Shown here piece after piece: positions 57,571-64,000 of a stretch of 64,000 bases of DNA. The notes under the pieces were generated by a model that was not told where the DNA came from, made no database searches, and saw nothing but the letters and a program-made list of their open reading frames with translations. The first letter of the stretch is position 1; every line of letters begins with the position of its first letter. Origin of the DNA: Flavobacterium sp. (GTDB lineage: Bacteria > Bacteroidota > Bacteroidia > Flavobacteriales > Flavobacteriaceae); NCBI GenBank assembly GCA_031373195.1, contig JANMML010000014.1, positions 26,456 to 90,455 of the forward strand, written 5' to 3'. A program made the translations under genes and the position numbers.

Positions 57571-59967
57571 ATGGAAGAAAATCCTTCAAATTTCAATGAA
57601 AAACATGAAGATGTATTCGATTTTCATGAATTGGTCGAAAGATACATATCACAATGGAAATGGTTTGCCTTTGGAATTTTCGTTTGCTTAGTAGTAGCCA
57701 CCTTGTATTTGCGTTATGCAGTACCAATTTATAATGCCACAGCAAGTATCTTAGTTCGAGATGAGAAAAAAGGTGGATTACAATCTCAATTGACCGCTTT
57801 CTCTGACTTGGGAATTATGGCAGGCGTTAAGAATAACGTTGACAATGAAATTGAAGTTATTCGTTCAAGAAATATTATTGGTGGAGCGATTAAGAAAATA
57901 GGATTAAATGTATATTACACTTCAATCGGAAGGGTTAAAACGATTGAACAATATCATAATAAGCCAATAGAATTTTCTTTTTACGACATCAGCGACAGTT
58001 TTTATAGCAATGCAAAGTCGTTTACGCTTAATTTCGTCGACGATACAACTTTTGAATTGCTTTCGGGCGGAGCCACTAGTCTTGGTAGGTTTAAGTATGG
58101 TTCGATTATTAATTTAGAGGATTCTAGGTTAGTTGTAAATAAGAACCCTAGAACCTTTTCTAAATATCCTAAGGAGAATCCGATTATTATTACGGTTAGT
58201 AATATTGATGACGTGATTGACAGTTTTAGAGGAAGATTAAGTGTAGTTTCTTTGAGCAAGAACTCTAGTATTGTATCCTTGTCAATCAATGATCCTGTTA
58301 AAGATAAAGCAGAAGATTTTTTGAATACACTTATTGAAGTTTACAATCAAGATGCCATTACGGACAAAAAATTCATTTCTGAGAATACCTTAAATTTTAT
58401 TCAAGATCGTCTGAAAATAATTACTTCTGAGTTAGGCGATGTAGAAAAAGATGCGGAAATTTTCAAAAAATCCAATGATGTTACTGATATCAACACACAG
58501 GCTGAGATATATCTGCATAATTCTGTCGATTTTAGTAAAGACCTTATCGAGACCGAGACACAAATAAAAGTGGTTTCGGAAATGCTCAGTTTTATGAAAT
58601 CGAAAGGGAAATGGGATCTCGTTCCCAATAATTTGATTTCTACAGCAGACGGAAAAGATGCGTCTAATTTTATTACGCAATTTAATGATTATGTCATTCA
58701 AAGAAATAGGATTGTAAAGGATGGTACCAGGAATAATTCTATTGTTATTAATCTTGAAGAGAAAATCGACGATTTAAGCGAAAATGTTTCCGCGAGTTTA
58801 AGAAGAACATTGGCCTCTTTAACAATTAGAAAGAAGGACCTTGAAAAGCAGGATAATGTGATTAAGGGAAGAATTTCTGAACTACCAACGCAAGAAAGAG
58901 AATTTAGAATTTTAGCGAGACAACAGCAGATTAAAGAGTCGCTCTATCTTTATTTATTGCAAAAGCGAGAAGAAACTGCGATATCATTGGCAGTAACAGA
59001 GCCAATATCAAAAATTGTTGATGCTGCATTTTCCTCGGATTACCCAGTTTCTCCAAGACGAAATATTGTGTTTTTGATTGCAATAATGATTGGAATGTTT
59101 GTGCCATTTTCTGTAATCTATATCAAACATTTATTTGACAATAAGATAAAATCCAGACAAGATTTTGAAGGAAAAATATTCGCCCCATTTTTGGGTGATA
59201 TCCCTCAATCAGAAAGTCATGATGAGATCATCAATACAAATAGTAAATCTAGTTCGGCAGAAGCCATTCGAATCATCAGAACAAATTTGGAATTTTTAGC
59301 CAATAAAATTCCGGAGAATATTTGTAAAACCATTTTTGTCACATCAACCGTACCGAAAGAAGGCAAGACATTTGTGGCAGTAAATTTAGCCAGCACCATT
59401 GCGCTTTCGGGTAAAAAAGTACTGTTGGTCGGCTTGGACATCAGAAACCCTAAGATTGATCGTTATCTTCAGTTACCGGCGCAAGGATTGACCAATTATT
59501 TATCGAAAAGCAACGAAAACATCAACGACTACATAGTAAAGGTTGATGATTTTGACAGTTTTTTTATATTGCCGTCGGGCGTTGTGGCGCCAAATCCAGT
59601 TGATTTATTGATGAACGGTAAGATTGGAAAAATGTTTGATGATTTGAAAAAAGAGTATGATTACATTATCGTAGATACCGCTCCAGTTAGTTTGGTGACC
59701 GATACGTTGTTAGTCGCTCAATATGCCGATATCTTTATCTATGTTATTCGCGCCAATTTTATTGACAAACGTCAAATAAAAATGATTGACGACTTGCATC
59801 GTCAAAAGAGATTGCCTAATATGTCAATCTTACTAAACGATACCAGATGGAGAAAGCCTTATGCTTATGGATATGGCGGATATGGTTACGGATATGGTTA
59901 TGGATACGGTTATGGAGCAGAACAAGAAGTCGAGAAAAAACCTTGGTACAAATGGTTTAGCAAGTAA
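57571..59967 (+). CDS. wzc: Wzc-like chain-length determinant / BY tyrosine kinase, copy 2
   Basis: 798 aa. Contains a Wzz domain, Walker A PKEGKTF, DTAP and the tail YAYGYGGYGYGYGYGYGYG. Confidence 0.85.
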   Translation: MEENPSNFNEKHEDVFDFHELVERYISQWKWFAFGIFVCLVVATLYLRYAVPIYNATASILVRDEKKGGLQSQLTAFSDLGIMAGVKNNVDNEIEVIRSRNIIGGAIKKIGLNVYYTSIGRVKTIEQYHNKPIEFSFYDISDSFYSNAKSFTLNFVDDTTFELLSGGATSLGRFKYGSIINLEDSRLVVNKNPRTFSKYPKENPIIITVSNIDDVIDSFRGRLSVVSLSKNSSIVSLSINDPVKDKAEDFLNTLIEVYNQDAITDKKFISENTLNFIQDRLKIITSELGDVEKDAEIFKKSNDVTDINTQAEIYLHNSVDFSKDLIETETQIKVVSEMLSFMKSKGKWDLVPNNLISTADGKDASNFITQFNDYVIQRNRIVKDGTRNNSIVINLEEKIDDLSENVSASLRRTLASLTIRKKDLEKQDNVIKGRISELPTQEREFRILARQQQIKESLYLYLLQKREETAISLAVTEPISKIVDAAFSSDYPVSPRRNIVFLIAIMIGMFVPFSVIYIKHLFDNKIKSRQDFEGKIFAPFLGDIPQSESHDEIINTNSKSSSAEAIRIIRTNLEFLANKIPENICKTIFVTSTVPKEGKTFVAVNLASTIALSGKKVLLVGLDIRNPKIDRYLQLPAQGLTNYLSKSNENINDYIVKVDDFDSFFILPSGVVAPNPVDLLMNGKIGKMFDDLKKEYDYIIVDTAPVSLVTDTLLVAQYADIFIYVIRANFIDKRQIKMIDDLHRQKRLPNMSILLNDTRWRKPYAYGYGGYGYGYGYGYGYGAEQEVEKKPWYKWFSK

Positions 59968-60696
59968 TCAAAACTTAAAGAATTGGTTGTTTTCAATTGC
60001 TTTTTTTAATGAGACTAGATTTTTTACTAAAATCTTATTTGAAAAAGATTCAATATGTTTTGCGTGATGCACATCCGATCCCACGAAGTCAATTAACCCT
60101 TTTTTAAGTAGTAATTCGCAGGATTTGGTTGCCTCAATTCCATAGTAGCCAACGGTCGACAGCAGATTTAGTTGAAACAGACAGCCTGCATTTTTCAGTT
60201 TTGCAAACTCATTAAGATTCGAATTGTAAAAAGGGTAACGCTCTGGATGAGCCAATATTGGACGATATCCCGCAATTTGCAGTTCAAATAAAATATCATA
60301 CAGTTGAATCGGTGGGTTGATGTAGGAAAGCTCAACCAAAACATAATTATCCTTTAGTGTTGCTAAAGATTGATTTTGAAACAGATTCACAAAATAGGGG
60401 TCAATCATGTATTCTGCACCAAATTTTAATAATGTGTCCTTTGTTAATGACGGCAAGGTGTCGGTATACTTTTGTTCAATGATATCTTTGGTGTTATCCC
60501 ATACGCTGGTATAAATATGTGGTGTAGTGATGAATTGCTTACAACCCATTTTTTGCAATTCATTAATCAGAAACAAAGTGTCTTCAATAGCCACTGCGCC
60601 ATCATCTATACCTGGCAATAAATGACTGTGAATATCCACGTAATCGGATGGAATCAAATCTTTAAGAACTGCATTCTTTTTGAGGAAGTGAAACAT
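59968..60696 (-). CDS. PHP-family protein-tyrosine phosphatase (CpsB/CapC/Wzh type)
   Basis: Contains VDIHSHLLPGIDDGA, TPH, LAHPERY and GSDVHH metal-binding motifs. It is convergent with wzc2, and its stop directly abuts the wzc2 stop. Confidence 0.88.
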   Translation of the reverse strand: MFHFLKKNAVLKDLIPSDYVDIHSHLLPGIDDGAVAIEDTLFLINELQKMGCKQFITTPHIYTSVWDNTKDIIEQKYTDTLPSLTKDTLLKFGAEYMIDPYFVNLFQNQSLATLKDNYVLVELSYINPPIQLYDILFELQIAGYRPILAHPERYPFYNSNLNEFAKLKNAGCLFQLNLLSTVGYYGIEATKSCELLLKKGLIDFVGSDVHHAKHIESFSNKILVKNLVSLKKAIENNQFFKF

Positions 60697-60729
60697 ATTT
60701 ACTGCGATAATAACTTAAAAATTGTTTCG

Positions 60730-60737
60730 CAAATATA
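60730..60737 (-). promoter_or_regulatory. Candidate -7 box (TATATTTG on the minus strand) for the phosphatase gene
   Basis: The reverse complement of CAAATATA. It sits 33 nt upstream of the ATG at 60696. Confidence 0.45.
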
Positions 60738-60817
60738 GTCACATTTTATTTCATTAAAATTTAGATTTTTTGATGAACTAAACTTATAATTTATTCAAAA
60801 AAAGTGACCTAAATATG

Positions 60818-60825
60818 TATATTTG
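60818..60825 (+). promoter_or_regulatory. Candidate -7 box (TATATTTG) for the wzm-wzt operon
   Basis: Matches TAnnTTTG 84 nt upstream of the ATG at 60910. Confidence 0.45.
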
Positions 60826-60909
60826 CGCCACTCAAAATAGTCATAGTTTAGCCTTAGATGCTGTTTGAATTTATTTTAATTACAACTAATTGATATTGCA
60901 ATCATAAGA

Positions 60910-61767
60910 ATGAAAGAAACTGTTCAAGCCGAAGATTGGAGTCTTGTAATTACAGAACACAACTCGTTATTTGATTTAAAGTTTATAGATGTTTGGCGCT
61001 ATCGCGATTTATTGGTGCTATTTGTCAAACGTGATTTTGTTAGTTTCTACAAACAAACTGTACTTGGTCCGCTGTGGTTTTTCATTCAACCACTTTTCAC
61101 TACAATAGTATTTACTTTTGTGTTTGGCAATTTAGCCAAGATTAGTACTGATGGTTTGCCGCAACAATTGTTTTATTTATCAGGCATTACCGCATGGAAT
61201 TATTTCTCTGATTGTTTGACAAAAACAAGCACCGTTTTTAGGGATAACGCGGCGATTTTTGGAAAAGTTTACTTTCCAAGGTTGATTATGCCGCTTAGTA
61301 TCATCATCAGTAGTTTGGTTCGTTTTGCAGTGCAATTGATTCTCCTATTGATCATGATGGTATATTTTGGAATACAAGGGGCTAATTTTGAGGTAACTTA
61401 CGCGATTGTTTTCTTTCCGTTATTGGTTATTTTGATGGCTTTACTTGGATTGGGATTGGGACTAATAGTCACTGCAATGACAACAAAATATAGAGATTTG
61501 GCCTTTTTGGTTTCATTTGGTGTTCAATTGTTGATGTATGGAACCACTGTAATTTATCCCTTGAGTTCAGCTCCTGCAAAGTACAAAACCATTATCGAGA
61601 TGAATCCGATGACCGGTATCATTGAGGCATTTCGATTTGCCTTTCTTGGAAAAGGCGAGTTTTCCTTATGGAGTATTGGCTATTCCGTTTTAATTACGCT
61701 TATTGTCTTATTCTTGGGCGTTATTATCTTCAATAAAACTGAGAAAAATTTTGTGGATACCTTATAG
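60910..61767 (+). CDS. wzm: ABC-2 type polysaccharide/O-antigen export permease (Wzm)
   Basis: 285 aa, about 6 TM helices, with the ABC2_membrane N-terminal pattern YRDLLVLFVKRDFVSFYKQTVLGPLW. Confidence 0.85.
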   Translation: MKETVQAEDWSLVITEHNSLFDLKFIDVWRYRDLLVLFVKRDFVSFYKQTVLGPLWFFIQPLFTTIVFTFVFGNLAKISTDGLPQQLFYLSGITAWNYFSDCLTKTSTVFRDNAAIFGKVYFPRLIMPLSIIISSLVRFAVQLILLLIMMVYFGIQGANFEVTYAIVFFPLLVILMALLGLGLGLIVTAMTTKYRDLAFLVSFGVQLLMYGTTVIYPLSSAPAKYKTIIEMNPMTGIIEAFRFAFLGKGEFSLWSIGYSVLITLIVLFLGVIIFNKTEKNFVDTL

Positions 61768-61776
61768 TGTTATAAT

Positions 61777-63042
61777 ATGTCGGAGATAGTAATAAAAGTA
61801 GAAAACATTTCAAAAGCGTATCAAATTGGTCAAATTGGTACTGGCACCATTTCTCGGGATGTTGAGCGATTCTGGGCTATGAAAGTTCGCGGAAAAGAAG
61901 ATCCTTTTTTGCGAATTGGAGAGACGAATGATAGAACGACAAAGGGTGAAAGTGATATTGTTTGGTCACTTAAAGATATTGATTTTGAAATTCATCAGGG
62001 TGATGCCGTCGGTATCATCGGCAGAAATGGCGCGGGAAAAAGTACCTTATTTAAGTTGTTGTCGAGAGTAACCAGTCCTACAACGGGTCAAATCAAAATT
62101 AAGGGTCGCATTGCCAGCCTACTCGAGGTTGGTACTGGTTTTCACCCGCAATTGTCTGGTCGTGAAAACATTTATCTCAATGGTGCTATTTTGGGAATGC
62201 GAAAAAAAGAGATAACAAGAAGACTAGACGAAATTATTGATTTTTCAGGAGTTGATCGCTACATCGATACTCCGGTAAAACGGTACAGTAGTGGAATGTA
62301 CGTCCGTTTGGCTTTTGCAGTGGCTGCGCATCTTGAAAGTGAAATATTGATTGTAGACGAAGTTTTGGCAGTTGGAGACGCAGAGTTTCAAAAAAAATGT
62401 CTGGGCAAGATGCGGGATATTAGCCGAGGAGAAGGAAGAACCGTCTTGTTTGTTAGTCATAACATGGTCTCGGTTCAGAATTTATGTAACTATGGGATTT
62501 TGTTGGATAATGGTCATATTGTTCACAAAGGTCCAATGAGTGAAACCATCTCAAAATACTTGCAAGGGGATTCTTCCTCTAACGATTTAACTAGTATGAG
62601 GGGAAGAACTGGAAGTGGAAAAGTAAAATTTGCCGAAGTAGAAGTATTTGGAGAAAGTGTAGGTCAAATTGCAGTATCTGGGAAGCCGCTGAATATTAAG
62701 TTGGCATTACAAAATCCCGAAAACATTATTTCAGATAGAATTCGTATTGATATGCGAATTGAGGATGAATTTGGACAGCGGTTCTCTTGGATCAGTTCGA
62801 GTTTGGTTAATTTTCAAAAGGGAATTGCTCCACAGGCGCTCCAAATTTGTTATCCTCGGAACAATTTTAATGAAGGCGCATACTTGGCCACTTTATATAT
62901 GACCGTTGACGGCGCACTTTCCGACTGTATTATAAATGCATTCAAGCTTACCATACAAGGGGGCGATTTTTATGTTACGGGGAGAAAAGTTGCAGATTGG
63001 GATAGTAAAGTTCTTCTCGATTTTAATTTGGTGTATAGCTAA
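61777..63042 (+). CDS. wzt: Polysaccharide ABC exporter ATPase (Wzt) with a C-terminal extension of about 170 aa
   Basis: Walker A GRNGAGKST, signature YSSGM and Walker B ILIVDE. Residues from about 250 to 421 lie beyond the NBD, consistent with a Wzt_C-type glycan-binding domain. Confidence 0.86.
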   Translation: MSEIVIKVENISKAYQIGQIGTGTISRDVERFWAMKVRGKEDPFLRIGETNDRTTKGESDIVWSLKDIDFEIHQGDAVGIIGRNGAGKSTLFKLLSRVTSPTTGQIKIKGRIASLLEVGTGFHPQLSGRENIYLNGAILGMRKKEITRRLDEIIDFSGVDRYIDTPVKRYSSGMYVRLAFAVAAHLESEILIVDEVLAVGDAEFQKKCLGKMRDISRGEGRTVLFVSHNMVSVQNLCNYGILLDNGHIVHKGPMSETISKYLQGDSSSNDLTSMRGRTGSGKVKFAEVEVFGESVGQIAVSGKPLNIKLALQNPENIISDRIRIDMRIEDEFGQRFSWISSSLVNFQKGIAPQALQICYPRNNFNEGAYLATLYMTVDGALSDCIINAFKLTIQGGDFYVTGRKVADWDSKVLLDFNLVYS

Positions 63043-63142
63043 TCAAGCGCATTGGATTATACAAATGATTGGGCTTTTTTCGATTTCACTGCGATAAAAA
63101 AATGACCGCGACTTAATTCAAAAAGAAAAGATAAAATTAATC

Positions 63143-64000
63143 TTGAATACTGCAACATTTACAATTCTTATTACTACTAAAAATCGATTATCAGATTTAC
63201 AGTATACCCTACAAAAAATCGAGTCGATATTGGCGCAAGACCAAGTGCAATGTATTATTTGCGACGACGGATCGACCGATGGCACCTCAGCGTATATCGC
63301 TGAGAATTTTTCGAAGATACACTTGATTCGAAATGAAAAAAGCCAAGGATTGATTTACAGTAGAAATAGGTTGATGAATTTAACCACCACTGAATTCGCC
63401 ATTTCTATCGATGACGATTTACATTTCATTTCTTCCAATCCATTGGTAGACATTGAGGATTATTTTAATACAAATTCCGAATGTGGTGTCGTTGGCTTCA
63501 GGATTTTTTGGAGCACCTCGTCACCAACATCAACCATCACTAAAGATCAACCCCATCGAATGAAAAGCTTCGCCGGAGGCGCGCATGCCTGGCGAATGAG
63601 TGCTTGGCGTCAAGTTGCGGATTATCCTGCGTGGTTTTCTTTTTATGGCGAAGAAGATTTTGCAGCCTATGGGTTATTTAAAAAACAAATAGAAATTCAT
63701 TACTTGCCGGCGGTTCTAGTGCATCATCGTGTCGATTTGAAATCGAGAAAAGGAAACACCGACTACATGCTGCGCTTACGTCGTTCTTTGCGTTCGGGTT
63801 GGTGCCTTATGTTTCTCTTTTGGCCTTTGCAGAAGATTCCTCGTATGTTAGTTTATTCCATTTGGACACAATTCAAACTCAAAGTTTTCAAGGGCGATCT
63901 GAAAGCACTGCAAGCAATTATTCTTGGATTGATTGATTGCTTCTTCTTCGTCCCCAACATTCTTAAACATGCTAACCGTTTAACTAGCAAAGAATACGCG
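63143..64000 (+). CDS. Family 2 glycosyltransferase (3' end lies outside the window; start uncertain)
   Basis: The frame is open from 63098 to the window end. Contains FTILITTKNR, CDDGSTDGT and SIDDD. No in-frame ATG, so TTG at 63143 is the best candidate start. Confidence 0.72.
   Translation, partial: MNTATFTILITTKNRLSDLQYTLQKIESILAQDQVQCIICDDGSTDGTSAYIAENFSKIHLIRNEKSQGLIYSRNRLMNLTTTEFAISIDDDLHFISSNPLVDIEDYFNTNSECGVVGFRIFWSTSSPTSTITKDQPHRMKSFAGGAHAWRMSAWRQVADYPAWFSFYGEEDFAAYGLFKKQIEIHYLPAVLVHHRVDLKSRKGNTDYMLRLRRSLRSGWCLMFLFWPLQKIPRMLVYSIWTQFKLKVFKGDLKALQAIILGLIDCFFFVPNILKHANRLTSKEYA

Noticed and set aside
59861-60067. 68-aa ORF (MLMDMADMVTDMVMDTVME...)
   Set aside because: It is an alternative-frame reading of the Wzc (YG)n repeat DNA that runs into the convergent phosphatase gene. 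It is an artefact.
1-64000. Mobile elements, prophage, defence systems (restriction-modification, toxin-antitoxin, CBASS, retron and similar), tRNA or rRNA genes
   Set aside because: No transposase, integrase, nuclease or ATPase signatures typical of defence systems, and no tRNA-like cloverleaf candidates, were seen in ORFs or spacers. Every large ORF has a plausible housekeeping or glycan-biosynthesis assignment.

Overview
This window looks like a Bacteroidota (Flavobacteriia-like) chromosome. The evidence is a T9SS C-terminal sorting domain, TAnnTTTG -7 promoter boxes, a UpxY-type antiterminator and (YG)n-tailed Wzc kinases. Positions 1-7.9 kb are housekeeping genes: the 3' end of a T9SS-secreted protein, gltA, two amidinotransferase-fold genes, a CpcT-like lipoprotein, a CoA-binding protein, an SSF symporter and recR. 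The two amidinotransferase-fold genes are split by a four-helix-bundle gene cassette bracketed by inverted heptamer arrays. Positions 7.99-60.7 kb form one very large, nearly gap-free surface-polysaccharide locus of 48 consecutive plus-strand CDSs, many with ATGA/TAATG overlaps. It is bracketed by two divergent wza-wzc export/kinase pairs and closed by a convergent CpsB-type phosphatase. Recognisable nucleotide-sugar routes inside it are WbpP/WbpO-like enzymes plus Ugd (uronic acids), RfbB plus two FdtA-like isomerases plus an FdtB-like aminotransferase (dTDP-3-amino-3,6-dideoxyhexose), WbpB/WbpD/WbpI-like enzymes (2,3-diacetamido uronic acid), Gmd/Fcl (GDP-fucose) and PglF/PglE/PglC-like enzymes (4-amino-4,6-dideoxy-HexNAc). 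The locus also holds one Wzx, one Wzy-like protein, six glycosyltransferases and two initiating phosphoglycosyl transferases. The tailoring set is unusually dense: four LbH acyltransferases, an MBOAT with a partner protein and CapA, AsnB, three ATP-grasp ligases, a formyltransferase, a PIG-L deacetylase, an internally duplicated FemAB-like protein and two paralogous uncharacterised proteins. From 60.9 kb a separate ABC-transporter (Wzm/Wzt) glycan pathway begins. I found no rRNA, tRNA, CRISPR array, transposase, integrase or recognisable defence system. The most unusual content is the set of amidoligase/aminoacyl-type tailoring modules and several intergenic repeat structures. All functional calls come from reading the translated ORFs for motifs and family resemblance, not from database searches.
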